Assembly: GCA_963675495.1 (NCBI GenBank)
Contig: OY776215.1
Span: 2,400,001-2,464,000, forward strand
Direction: 5' to 3'
DNA from: an uncultured Methanolobus sp.
Lineage (GTDB): Archaea; Halobacteriota; Methanosarcinia; Methanosarcinales; Methanosarcinaceae
DNA length: 64,000 nt
Shown: positions 1-9,647 of the stretch, piece by piece
Numbering within the stretch: the first letter of the stretch is position 1
How the letters are laid out: each line of letters opens with the position of its first letter
Notes under the pieces: model-generated
Seen by the model: only the letters and a program-made list of their open reading frames with translations
Database searches by the model: none
Told to the model about the DNA's origin: nothing
Program-made: the position numbers and the translations under genes

Positions 1-462
1 ATTAATGTAGTTGGAACCGCTGCTGCTGATTCTGCTATCTCCATTACTGGTGGATCTGCAGAAGCAACTGGAACTGCTGATGGTTCCGGTGATTATAGTA
101 TTGAAGTCACTTTAACAACAGACAGTGTTAACACTTTAAGTGTGACTGCACAATCTGCTGGTGAGGTTGTTAGTGAAGCGGCTACTGTTGCTATCACTCA
201 TCAGACTCAGACTGCAACACCAACTATTACAACTGGAGCACAAACTGTTTCCACAGCAACTATTAATATAGTTGGAACCGCTGCTGCTGATTCTGCTATC
301 TCCATTACTGGTGGATCTGCAGAAGCAACTGGAACTGCTGATGGTTCCGGTGATTATAGTATTGAAGTCACTTTAATAGCAGACAGTGTTAACACTTTAA
401 GTGTGACTGCACAATCTGCTGGTGAGGTTGTTAGTGAAGCAGCTACTGTTGCTATCACTCAT
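1..462 (+). repeat. Intragenic tandem repeat, period 261 bp
   Basis: 1-201 vs 262-462 differ at 4 positions by eye. Confidence 0.95.
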
Positions 463-471
463 GCTTCCTAA
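1..471 (+). CDS. C-terminal part of a Thr/Ala/Ser-rich surface protein with tandem 87-aa Ig-like repeats (5' end outside window)
   Basis: Frame 1 is open from base 1 to TAA at 469-471 (INVVGTAAADSAISITGG...AITHAS); two near-identical beta-strand-rich repeat units. Confidence 0.8.
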   Translation: MNVVGTAAADSAISITGGSAEATGTADGSGDYSIEVTLTTDSVNTLSVTAQSAGEVVSEAATVAITHQTQTATPTITTGAQTVSTATINIVGTAAADSAISITGGSAEATGTADGSGDYSIEVTLIADSVNTLSVTAQSAGEVVSEAATVAITHAS

Positions 472-495
472 ATTTGACTTTGTAAATGCAAAGAG

Positions 496-530
496 AACCC
501 CCATCAAATCGGGGGTTATTTTTCTTTTTT
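496..530 (+). terminator. Hairpin plus T-tract terminator
   Basis: AACCCCC-ATCAAATC-GGGGGTT followed by ATTTTTCTTTTTT, between convergent genes. Confidence 0.7.
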
Positions 531-606
531 AAATATCAACAACAAAACCCAATAGTGTACCCTATGCAAAAACCACAGGCACACAAAAATAGAAAAGAAG
601 AAATCT

Positions 607-1089
607 TTAATTCTCTTTTATCTCTCTTAGCACATCAAGCACTTTTTGTGCATGCTCATTTGTCCTTACATTGTCCCATATTTTTGCAATATTGCCTTCT
701 GTATCAATTAAAAAAGTTGATCTGACAGTTCCCTGATATTCTTTTCCATAGTTTTTCTTTGTTCTCCATACATCGTACTTCTGGTGAACGGTTTTTTCTT
801 CATCTGAAAGAAGGGTGATACCAATTTCTTTCTTTTCAACGAAGTTGATATGTGATTTAACGCTGTCCTTGCTGGCTCCAAGTATCACTGCATTCTCAGT
901 ACCAAAATCCTCCTGCAAGGCTGTAAAATCCTGGGCTTCCTTTGTGCATCCTGAAGTGTTATCCTTCGGGTAGAAGTAAAGAACGATCCATTTACCTGAA
1001 AAATTCTTCAGGCATACTTCATTCTCATTCTGGTCAGGGAGACAAAAATCAGGAGCTTTTTGTCCTTCCTTAAGTGAGTTCTTGCTCAT
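607..1089 (-). CDS. bcp: Peroxiredoxin, Bcp/PrxQ family
   Basis: LYFYPKDNTSGCTKEA (PxxxTxxC) motif, RSTFLID. Confidence 0.93.
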   Translation of the reverse strand: MSKNSLKEGQKAPDFCLPDQNENEVCLKNFSGKWIVLYFYPKDNTSGCTKEAQDFTALQEDFGTENAVILGASKDSVKSHINFVEKKEIGITLLSDEEKTVHQKYDVWRTKKNYGKEYQGTVRSTFLIDTEGNIAKIWDNVRTNEHAQKVLDVLREIKEN

Positions 1090-1209
1090 GACATATGCTA
1101 TGTAAGTTCTTACTTAAAGCCTTTATACAATAATACAGAATATCCTTACTACAAATATAATGTTTAAAAGAACTTGTAATCGCTTCTTATAACTGGATGA
1201 AAAGGTACC

Positions 1210-1842
1210 ATGGAAATATTGAATATTCAAAATCTGTCTATCAGATTTGATGGAAATCCCATACTATCCAATTTCAATCTATCAGTTGTCAAAGGTGAAA
1301 AGATTCTTATAAAAGGGAGATCAGGAATTGGGAAATCCACTCTTTTCAGGTTGATAATGGGATTTGGCATACAAAATTCCGGTGTAATATCCTTTGATGG
1401 AGTTACTGTAGATTCCGAATCGGTCTGGGATATCAGGAAAAGAATAGCATATGTATCTCAGGATACTGATATTGCAGAAGGGAAAGTAGGTGACCTGATA
1501 GATGAGGTTTTTTCTTACAAGACGAACAAAGATATTTTTGACCCGAATCGACTTGAAGGCATGCTGTCTGATTTCTCGTTGTCTCTTGGTATTCTAAACA
1601 AGGATTATATGGATCTCTCAGGAGGGGAAAAGCAACGGGTTACCCTGATTTTGGCTTTGTTGTCAGGGAAGGGTATATTCCTGCTTGATGAGGTCACAGC
1701 AGAACTCGATGCTGCCTTGAAACAGAAGGTTGTGAATACATTCTTTTGTAATCCACAGTGGACCGTACTTTCTATTTCTCATGACAGAGAGTGGGAAAAT
1801 AAGGCAAGCAGAGTCATTGATCTTTCAGGATCGGTTGATTAA
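1210..1842 (+). CDS. ABC transporter ATP-binding protein (YbbL/FetA-like)
   Basis: Walker A GRSGIGKS, LSGGEKQR signature, LLDEVT; abuts a UPF0014 permease. Confidence 0.88.
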   Translation: MEILNIQNLSIRFDGNPILSNFNLSVVKGEKILIKGRSGIGKSTLFRLIMGFGIQNSGVISFDGVTVDSESVWDIRKRIAYVSQDTDIAEGKVGDLIDEVFSYKTNKDIFDPNRLEGMLSDFSLSLGILNKDYMDLSGGEKQRVTLILALLSGKGIFLLDEVTAELDAALKQKVVNTFFCNPQWTVLSISHDREWENKASRVIDLSGSVD

Positions 1843-2634
1843 ATGGAAACGTATGATATCAGTCTCTCAGGTATGTTTTTCTCATTCCTGTTGCTTATAA
1901 TTCCGGTTCTTATCAGCTATTATCTTGGCTTGAAGTTAATATCATCCACAGTTGAAAGTGCTATAAGAATGGTCCTTCAACTGGTTTTTGTAGGTGTTTT
2001 TCTTACTTTTGTTTTTGACCTTAATAATGTTTTTTTAAACGTATTATGGGTTTTTGTCATGGTCTTTGTGGCATCGCATTCCGTATTGAGGAATGCGGAA
2101 TTAAAAACCAGGTATTTGTTTCCAATGCTCATGATTTTCATGGCGGTGACAAATTATTCAATGCTGCTCTATTTCAACAAGTTCATAGTAGACCTGAATG
2201 ATCTTTTTGATGCAAGGTATTTCATTCCCATAGCAGGTATGGTTCTGGGTAATTCCCTGAAAGCAAATGTTATTGGAATGGAGAACTTCTGTACTGAAAT
2301 CCAGAGAAATGAAAACCGTTATCTGTTCCGTTTGTCTATGGGTGCTGAAAAGACAGAGGCGCTTATTCCATATCTTCGTAAGAGTCTCAGGGTTGCGCTG
2401 AAACCCACGATAGCAAATATGGCTACAATAGGCATCGTTTTTCTTCCCGGAATGATGACCGGACAGATACTTGCCGGTGCAAGTCCATTGGTTGCAATAG
2501 AATACCAGATAGCCATTATGCTTGCAATTTATGTGACAACCATGGTGAACGTACTTCTGGGTATACTTGTTCTAATTCAAAGGGGTTTTGATGAATATGG
2601 TCTGTTCAAAAAAGATATGCTCAGGGGTGCATGA
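1843..2634 (+). CDS. ABC transporter permease, UPF0014 (YbbM/FetB-like)
   Basis: Hydrophobic; RMVLQL, IPIAGMVLGN, GIVFLPGMMTGQILAGASPLVAIEYQI motifs. Confidence 0.9.
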   Translation: METYDISLSGMFFSFLLLIIPVLISYYLGLKLISSTVESAIRMVLQLVFVGVFLTFVFDLNNVFLNVLWVFVMVFVASHSVLRNAELKTRYLFPMLMIFMAVTNYSMLLYFNKFIVDLNDLFDARYFIPIAGMVLGNSLKANVIGMENFCTEIQRNENRYLFRLSMGAEKTEALIPYLRKSLRVALKPTIANMATIGIVFLPGMMTGQILAGASPLVAIEYQIAIMLAIYVTTMVNVLLGILVLIQRGFDEYGLFKKDMLRGA

Positions 2635-2674
2635 GCATGCTTCTATTTTGCGTGGTATGGAACTGGTATGCAGG

Positions 2675-2998
2675 TTAATTCACGCTGCTGCTCAGATGAA
2701 GTCCTATCACTCCAATACCTATCAGTGTCAGGAATGCTATCCTTATGGGTGGCAGGGGTTCGTTGAATCCAAAGTGCCCTATCAATGAGATCATGGCCAC
2801 TCCAAGCCCTGCCCAGATAGCATAGGCAACACTCACATCTATCTTTTTCAATGCAATAGTGAATGCTATGAAACTGATGCCGTAGAAAACAAATATTAAT
2901 GCAGATGGCAGTGGTTTTGTAAATCCTTCGGATAGTTTCATGCATGTCGTTCCACATATCTCAAATATTATGGCAAATGCCAGGTACAGGTAGCTCAT
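2675..2998 (-). CDS. Small multidrug resistance (SMR/DMT) transporter
   Basis: 107 aa, 4 TM, conserved TM1 Glu (FEICGT), AYAIWAGLG. Confidence 0.92.
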   Translation of the reverse strand: MSYLYLAFAIIFEICGTTCMKLSEGFTKPLPSALIFVFYGISFIAFTIALKKIDVSVAYAIWAGLGVAMISLIGHFGFNEPLPPIRIAFLTLIGIGVIGLHLSSSVN

Positions 2999-3131
2999 TT
3001 TTTCTCCCGATTTTCCCGTTTGAATAATTATTGTTATCAGCTGTGTTTATATCCATCCTGCTGTACGTAGCGCCAGATTATAATACTATCCGAATTCACA
3101 TTTTCTTAACTTTTCAAGGAGATGATATTTC

Positions 3132-3914
3132 ATGCCAGTACTGACTTTCATTGCCTGTAGAATGTTTGAAGATGAGATTGTCCATATAATTGAAAAAGAT
3201 AATTCAATTAACAGTTTGTTGGTCGTTGATAACGATGATTGTGCAGGACTCACGGGTAAACTGGACAATGCCGGTTGTGGATATACTCTTGTTTCAGAAG
3301 ACAGTTTATCAGTACATCTGAAAGATGATGATTATACCATAATTGTCGAAATACTGGAGATGGCTTTACATGCCAAGCCTGAGAATCTCAAAAAGGTCGT
3401 TTACGACAAAACTCGTGAAATGTCAGAGTACTCAGATGGTATTCTCCTGTTCTACGGTCTCTGTGGTAATGTTCTGGGTAAAGTCGATGAAGAACTTGCT
3501 AATCTTCCATGTCCTGTTCGCATACTCAAAGAGGACAATGGGGATGTTATAGACGATTGCATTGGTGCGGTACTGGGCGGCAGGGCTGCATATCTTGAGA
3601 AATTGACAAGTTTTCATGGTGTTGGTACTTTCTTCATGACTCCAATGTGGGCAGCCCACTGGCGTGAGATGCTTGTTTCGGCAGGTATGACTCCAGATTC
3701 TGGTGATACCAAACTTTCAAAGTTTGTTTTTGATTATGCAGGATACAAGAATGTTGCTAAAATGGACACGGGTCTTCATTATGAAAAACAGTTCGATTCC
3801 ATGGTAAATGAATTTGCAAGGCTCTTTGATTTCAATTTAATTGAAATGAAAGCAGGCCCGCAGTTAATGGTGCGCTGCTATGAACAATTGAAGGATAAAA
3901 TTATTTCTGGTTAG
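3132..3914 (+). CDS. DUF1638-family protein
   Basis: IACRMFEDE, ALHAKPENL, LLFYGLCGN, DDCIGAVLGG motifs typical of DUF1638 in Methanosarcinales. Confidence 0.8.
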   Translation: MPVLTFIACRMFEDEIVHIIEKDNSINSLLVVDNDDCAGLTGKLDNAGCGYTLVSEDSLSVHLKDDDYTIIVEILEMALHAKPENLKKVVYDKTREMSEYSDGILLFYGLCGNVLGKVDEELANLPCPVRILKEDNGDVIDDCIGAVLGGRAAYLEKLTSFHGVGTFFMTPMWAAHWREMLVSAGMTPDSGDTKLSKFVFDYAGYKNVAKMDTGLHYEKQFDSMVNEFARLFDFNLIEMKAGPQLMVRCYEQLKDKIISG

Positions 3915-4004
3915 AATTGAATATTTGTACTGATTATTTTCACTCAAAAAATAAATGGATAACTTATCATTATCCACTATTCAGGATTATGTTGTAAAGG
4001 AGCT

Positions 4005-4247
4005 TTATTCTCCTTTGCTGTATGTCCTCACAGATTCAATTTTGTCCCAGTCAAAGTAGGTATTGATCTTCTGACCGGTCTCTTCTTCTGTGATACGTAC
4101 GAACTGTTCCCCAAGGAAAATAACTGCTTTAGCGTAAATTTTTCCTTCGTTTACCTGAATATTCACTCCTTCTCTGAGTTTTCTGGACATCGTTCCATGA
4201 AGTGGGGATGATGCATACTCGAATACCTTTTCCCATGTGTCTTTCAT
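4005..4247 (-). CDS. Small hypothetical protein (80 aa)
   Basis: GAGGTGA RBS before ATG 4247; MKDTWEKVFEYAS...; normal protein composition. Confidence 0.75.
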   Translation of the reverse strand: MKDTWEKVFEYASSPLHGTMSRKLREGVNIQVNEGKIYAKAVIFLGEQFVRITEEETGQKINTYFDWDKIESVRTYSKGE

Positions 4248-4470
4248 TTTTTCACCTCTCAATTCAAAATGGTCTTTTCAAATCATTTCATGCATATTTA
4301 TTATGCATACGGATTCCTATGTGCTACTATGTTTTATAAAAACTTATCTACAAATTCAGCAAAAATAATTTAATAATATTTGCGCACAATTTCAGAAAAG
4401 AGTATGAATGGCTTAATTTGAAAGAGCCAATCTATATCTGAAAATAAAGAGGAAGTGGTAAATATCGTAG

Positions 4471-4794
4471 TTATTCCAGATACTCATCCCTTCGCGGTGA
4501 AAAAACTTCCACAGCCATGGAATCTTCAAGTATCTCAGCACAATGTGATACATTTGATGGTATGTTCCAGGAATCTCCGGGCACCACCTCATGTGTTTTA
4601 CCTCCGATGGTAAGCAACATCTTTCCTGTGATCATATATCCTGTCTGTTCATGGATATGCACATGTGCCGGGAGTATACTTCCCTTCTGTAAAATGAATT
4701 CTGTCATGAGTGTTTTTTCTCCGTGAACAGTTGTTTTCATTTTTATTCCGGGAAGTACTTCTTTGTAATCGGACTCATTGTGCTTGCTGAACAT
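4471..4794 (-). CDS. Cupin domain protein
   Basis: PAHVHIHEQTGY and IPSNVSH cupin metal motifs, VEVFSPRRDEY. Confidence 0.88.
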   Translation of the reverse strand: MFSKHNESDYKEVLPGIKMKTTVHGEKTLMTEFILQKGSILPAHVHIHEQTGYMITGKMLLTIGGKTHEVVPGDSWNIPSNVSHCAEILEDSMAVEVFSPRRDEYLE

Positions 4795-4852
4795 GAATAA
4801 GTTTAACATGTTCTGGTAATTTATTCTTTTTCGTCGTGGCATTAAAAATTAG

Positions 4853-4877
4853 TGAAAGGTGACTATTTCACCTTTCA
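4853..4877 (-). terminator. Perfect 10-bp inverted repeat, likely terminator of the upstream small ORF
   Basis: TGAAAGGTGA-CTATT-TCACCTTTCA, followed on the minus strand by CTAATTTTT. Confidence 0.55.
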
Positions 4878-4889
4878 TATGAGCTATAT

Positions 4890-5111
4890 TCACTGAATTG
4901 GTAATTGTGCCATATTTCTTACTTTTGTTTTTGTGGCTCCATCAAGGTTATTAATAGATGATGATTCCAAAGTCTTTGTATAATGGAACTTTTTTTCAGA
5001 TATAATTTCAGAAGCCGTTGATTTGCAGGATTCATCTGAACGATCTGTTGTACTCCACACTCTTAGATGCCTAAAGCGTTGATGTGTTCTTCTTGATAGT
5101 TTCCACCTCAT
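4890..5111 (-). CDS. Small basic hypothetical protein (73 aa)
   Basis: GGAGG 7 nt before ATG, upstream TTTATAT box, downstream hairpin; no recognisable domain. Confidence 0.4.
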   Translation of the reverse strand: MRWKLSRRTHQRFRHLRVWSTTDRSDESCKSTASEIISEKKFHYTKTLESSSINNLDGATKTKVRNMAQLPIQ

Positions 5112-5556
5112 GAAATAGCCTCCATTTTTGAAGATGAGTTATTAGCTCACCATTTGATTTTATGGTGGGTCCCCACGACCTACTTAATGTTCATATTTTT
5201 GACATATAAAATAAACTGATGTTAATTTCACATACTAATGTGTTTTTTAATGGTTCAAAGACAAGTGACCTATCTTAATTCAATTTACAATAAATTCAAA
5301 TAATAAGAAATTTTATTTCAAATATTTTGATGGAGCATAGTCTACCATTATATGTAATAACTATTATATATTATGCTCATAATATAAAGGGTCAAATAAA
5401 AATAAAACATAGTTTTGATTTGAAGTATTCATGCTTAAAGTGTAGTTGATAATCAAAGGAAATCAAAAGTTAATCTTTGTTGTGAGCAATGCTCAATTTA
5501 AATTAAGAAAAGAGGTTCATTGAATACATTGGTTTATTTTAATAGAAAGGTGTTGT

Positions 5557-7299
5557 ATGGTTACTGAAATACTTATAGCTCTGGTAAATAATGCAGCTTT
5601 ACTTCTTGCTATAGGTGTTCTGTACGAAGTTCTTTTCTTCAATATGGATACTAACACACTGTCAAAAAGTGTGGCTGCGGGGATTACTATTGGTCTCATA
5701 GGTATTGCCTTGATGCTGAATCCATGGGAACTTTCCCCCGGATTATTCTTCGATACACGTACTATTCTGCTAAGCATAGTCGGGCTTTTCTTTGGTTTTG
5801 TTCCCGCATTTGTTGGAGCATTAATCATCATTTTTTACCGTATCTATGAGGGCGGTGTTGGAACAATTGTTGGTATTGCCACAACATTAAGTTCTATGAC
5901 AATGGGGTTACTTTGGAGGCGTTTCCATGAAATATTTCAAAAAAAGTTTGGCATATTTGATTTATATATATTAGGTATTCTTGTCCACATTGTCATGCTC
6001 ATGTGTATTTTGTTACTTCCTTTATCGAATGCCTTCGAAGTTCTGAAATATATCAGTTTTCCAGTAATGTTAATTTATCCGATTGGAACTGTATTACTAG
6101 GAAATCTTCTGAAAAATCAACTATCACGTAAAAAAGCAAAAGAAGCACTGAAACAAACAGAATTGAAGTATCGACAGGCGTACAATCTCATGCAGGATGT
6201 GATTGAAAGCCCGAAAGATGTTATCATATTTGCTATTGACAGGGAATACAAATACATTGCCTTCAACAAAAATCATCAGGTAACAATGGAGCGTATATGG
6301 GATGCCAGGATCGAGGTTGGTGCTAGCATGCTCAGTTACATCATGGATCCTGATGATAGGGGGAAAGCAAAAGTGAATTTCGACAGGGCACTCGCTGGTG
6401 AAGCTTTTACTATTGTTGAAGAATATGGAAATGTTGACATCGAAAGAAGATGGTATGAGAATGTCTATAGTCCTCTTGAGGATGGCGAAGGAAATGTTAT
6501 TGGTCTCACATTGTTCCTGACAGACATCAGTGGACGTAAAGAGAATGAAATGGCTCTTGTCAAGGCTAAACTTCTTGCTGAAGAATCAAGTCGCACCAAA
6601 TCTGAATTTTTAGCAAATATGAGCCATGAGTTACGTACGCCACTGAATTCGGTCATTGGTTTTTCTCAAGTTTTGATTGATAAGATATCAGGTGATTTGA
6701 ATGAAATGCAAATTAATTATGTATCTAATATACAAAGAAGTGGGAACCATCTGCTGGAAGTTATAACTGATATACTCGATATGTCTAAAATTGAATCTGG
6801 GATCATTGAATATGAACCTGAAATAATAAATATTCAACAAATAATAGACGAAGTTGGGTCGCTAATGGGACCCATGATCAAAAAGAAATTTATTAATTTT
6901 GAAACTAATATAGAAGTGGAATCTCTGGAAATATATGGTGATGAAATAAAAATCAAACAAGTTATGTTAAACCTTCTTAGTAATGCAATCAAATTTACAC
7001 ATGAAGGCGGCAAAGTTTTGATTGATGTAACAAAAATGGACGATACTATTCAGATTTCAGTATCAGATACTGGTATCGGCATTCCTTTGGAAGAACAAAA
7101 AGTGATATTCAATCCATTTAAACAAGTTAATTCATCTGCAAATCGTGTTCATGGCGGAACTGGATTAGGACTTGCAATTGTTAAACATTATGTTGAGATG
7201 CACTCTGGGGAAGTACATGTTGAAAGTGAAGTGGGGAAGGGAAGTATATTCACGTTCACAATACCAATTGTGTATCCGATTGAAAAAAATACTTTATAG
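5557..7299 (+). CDS. Membrane sensor histidine kinase (5TM LytS/YhcK-type sensor, PAS, HisKA, HATPase)
   Basis: FFDTRTILLS TM region, FLANMSHELRTPLN H-box, NLLSNAIKFT, DTGIGI, GGTGLGLAI. Confidence 0.95.
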   Translation: MVTEILIALVNNAALLLAIGVLYEVLFFNMDTNTLSKSVAAGITIGLIGIALMLNPWELSPGLFFDTRTILLSIVGLFFGFVPAFVGALIIIFYRIYEGGVGTIVGIATTLSSMTMGLLWRRFHEIFQKKFGIFDLYILGILVHIVMLMCILLLPLSNAFEVLKYISFPVMLIYPIGTVLLGNLLKNQLSRKKAKEALKQTELKYRQAYNLMQDVIESPKDVIIFAIDREYKYIAFNKNHQVTMERIWDARIEVGASMLSYIMDPDDRGKAKVNFDRALAGEAFTIVEEYGNVDIERRWYENVYSPLEDGEGNVIGLTLFLTDISGRKENEMALVKAKLLAEESSRTKSEFLANMSHELRTPLNSVIGFSQVLIDKISGDLNEMQINYVSNIQRSGNHLLEVITDILDMSKIESGIIEYEPEIINIQQIIDEVGSLMGPMIKKKFINFETNIEVESLEIYGDEIKIKQVMLNLLSNAIKFTHEGGKVLIDVTKMDDTIQISVSDTGIGIPLEEQKVIFNPFKQVNSSANRVHGGTGLGLAIVKHYVEMHSGEVHVESEVGKGSIFTFTIPIVYPIEKNTL

Positions 7300-7404
7300 T
7301 AATATGAATGTTCCCATGTCTCATACTCTTTCCATGATATATGATATGAACAATGTTTTGTCATAATATTGCAGTTTTTTTACTATGGGGTAAAGTTAGT
7401 TAAT

Positions 7405-9411
7405 TTACGTGTCATCTGATGACCCTTTGAATAGTTCCCTTATTCCGTGTAGGTTCTCTGGTTTTCCAAAGACGATGCAACTATCACCTGAATATATGGG
7501 GATATCACCATCCGGATTTGTGATGGTTTCATCATCTCTATGTATGGCAAGAACAGTTGCCTTATGCTTTGTTCTTAGATTGAGTTCTTTGAGTGTTCTT
7601 CCGTCAACAGCGCAGCTTTCTCCAATTTTAAAGGTACTTACTTCCATACCTGGAAGCTCATCTTTTAAGTTAAAGCTCCTTTCCTGTTCCTCTGAATAAG
7701 ATTTTCTCAACATGCAGTATCCATTTGCCCGTATTTCTCTGGTAAATTTATCTATGTCGTCCTCAGGAACAAGGTACTTCTTTAGCAGGCGAACAAATAT
7801 CTCAACAGATGTTTCGTATTCCTCTGGTATTACTTCATCTGCACCAAGATCGTTGAGTATTTTCATTTCACTTATGTAACGGGTTCTGGCGATGATGTAT
7901 ATATCTGGATTCAGCCTTTTTGCCGTATCAATTATCTTTCTTGTGGCGACAAGATCCGATATACCTATTATCAGTATTCTTGCAGAATCAATGTTTGTAG
8001 AATTAAGCACCGCCTCATGGCTTGCGTCACCATAGTGTATATTTTCACCTTTTTTCTTTTCCTGACGTACCGTTTCAGGGTTTGTATCTATTATCACATA
8101 GGATATTCCTGCATTCCTTGCTGCATGTGATAAGGTCTTACCGTTGAATCCATATCCAATTATGATCAGATGGTCCTTTATTTTTTCATCTTCATTCTTT
8201 GCAGTGAGTCTACTTGCGTAGAATCCATTGATGAGTTTCTGGAATGGGACTGTCTTGATTACCTTGTCTGAAATTCCATTTGAAGATGCTGTTATGAAGG
8301 GAGTTAGTGCCATTGTGATGATGGAAACTGCCAGGAATTGCTGGTACATATTCTGGTCAAGAAGGGAATATTCAAGACCGACAGTTGAGAGTACGAATGA
8401 GAACTCTCCTACCTGTGCAAGTGTCAGCCCTGTGATGATTATTGTACGCAGTGGGTATCCCAGGATTAATGTTGCAAAACCAGCGGTGGCAGATTTTATA
8501 ATTACCACAGCAAGTGCCAGAACAAGCAGATAAACTAAATTACTTGTAAAGAAACTGATTTCCAATAGCATGCCGATGGAAACAAAGAAAAAACTCATGA
8601 AGATGTCCCTAAATGGCATTATGTTGCCCATGGCCTGATGGCTGTACTCTGATTCTGAAATTATAAGACCTGCCATGAAAGCTCCAAGGGCAAGTGATAG
8701 TCCTATACTGGAAGTGAGCCAGGCGGTAGCCAGACAAATAAATACGATGCTCAAAAGGAACAATTCCCTGTTCCTTGTTTTTACTATGTGGAACAGCAGG
8801 GCCGGAATTATCCATCTTGCACTTGCAATGACCAGTGCTATTGTCCCAATGGCTTTGAGCAGGAATAAGGGCAATGTGTCAATGGATTCTGTAGATGCAC
8901 CTGCTATGATTGGTGTTATAAGTATCATCGGGACGATGATCACGTCCTGAAATATCAGTATTCCAAGTGATGTTTTTCCGTGTGGCGTGTCAATCTCTGC
9001 TTTTTCCTGAAGTAGCTTGAGAACGATAGCCGTACTGCTCAATGATATGAGAAAACCAATGAATAGTGCTGTTCCTGAGCTTAGACCAAAAAAGATACAA
9101 ATATAGTAAACTACCAGGATCGTTGTTGTTACCTGCAGGGTTCCGCCAAGCAGTACTGACCTTTTTATATCCCAGAGTTCCTTGATAGACATTTCTACGC
9201 CGATAGTAAAGAGAAGAAGAATAATACCTATCTCTGCAAGTGCTTCTACTTCATGTACACTGCTGATTATTCCTAGCCAGTGTGGGCCTGCCAGCATACC
9301 AGTTACAAGGAATCCCAATACTGAGGGCAGTTTCATCCTGTTGAACAATAGCAATATGATTATAGAGAGTCCGAAAATTATCCCGATATCCGTGAACAAA
9401 GTTAATTCCAT
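7405..9411 (-). CDS. CPA2 cation:proton antiporter (Kef-type) with TrkA-N and TrkA-C domains
   Basis: SLSSTAIV, ILIFQD, LAQVGEFSFV, IIGYGFNG, C-terminal RCK_C. Confidence 0.93.
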   Translation of the reverse strand: MELTLFTDIGIIFGLSIIILLLFNRMKLPSVLGFLVTGMLAGPHWLGIISSVHEVEALAEIGIILLLFTIGVEMSIKELWDIKRSVLLGGTLQVTTTILVVYYICIFFGLSSGTALFIGFLISLSSTAIVLKLLQEKAEIDTPHGKTSLGILIFQDVIIVPMILITPIIAGASTESIDTLPLFLLKAIGTIALVIASARWIIPALLFHIVKTRNRELFLLSIVFICLATAWLTSSIGLSLALGAFMAGLIISESEYSHQAMGNIMPFRDIFMSFFFVSIGMLLEISFFTSNLVYLLVLALAVVIIKSATAGFATLILGYPLRTIIITGLTLAQVGEFSFVLSTVGLEYSLLDQNMYQQFLAVSIITMALTPFITASSNGISDKVIKTVPFQKLINGFYASRLTAKNEDEKIKDHLIIIGYGFNGKTLSHAARNAGISYVIIDTNPETVRQEKKKGENIHYGDASHEAVLNSTNIDSARILIIGISDLVATRKIIDTAKRLNPDIYIIARTRYISEMKILNDLGADEVIPEEYETSVEIFVRLLKKYLVPEDDIDKFTREIRANGYCMLRKSYSEEQERSFNLKDELPGMEVSTFKIGESCAVDGRTLKELNLRTKHKATVLAIHRDDETITNPDGDIPIYSGDSCIVFGKPENLHGIRELFKGSSDDT

Positions 9412-9647
9412 GATAAGACCACAACTTCAATTATTACTATAAATAATTTCATATTAACAGAGGTTGCCTTAATATAAAATAAGTTGTGACTGGATGACAT
9501 TCCTGGAAGATTGCACGGTAGAAGATAAGTTCTTCAAAATCATGGAGGATGTGAACAGTATCTGCTCAACACTGGATTGTTCGATGGAGATGGTGTAAAT
9601 GAGTCATATCTATGGACGTTGAACATAAAAATAGTAAAAAACACTGG

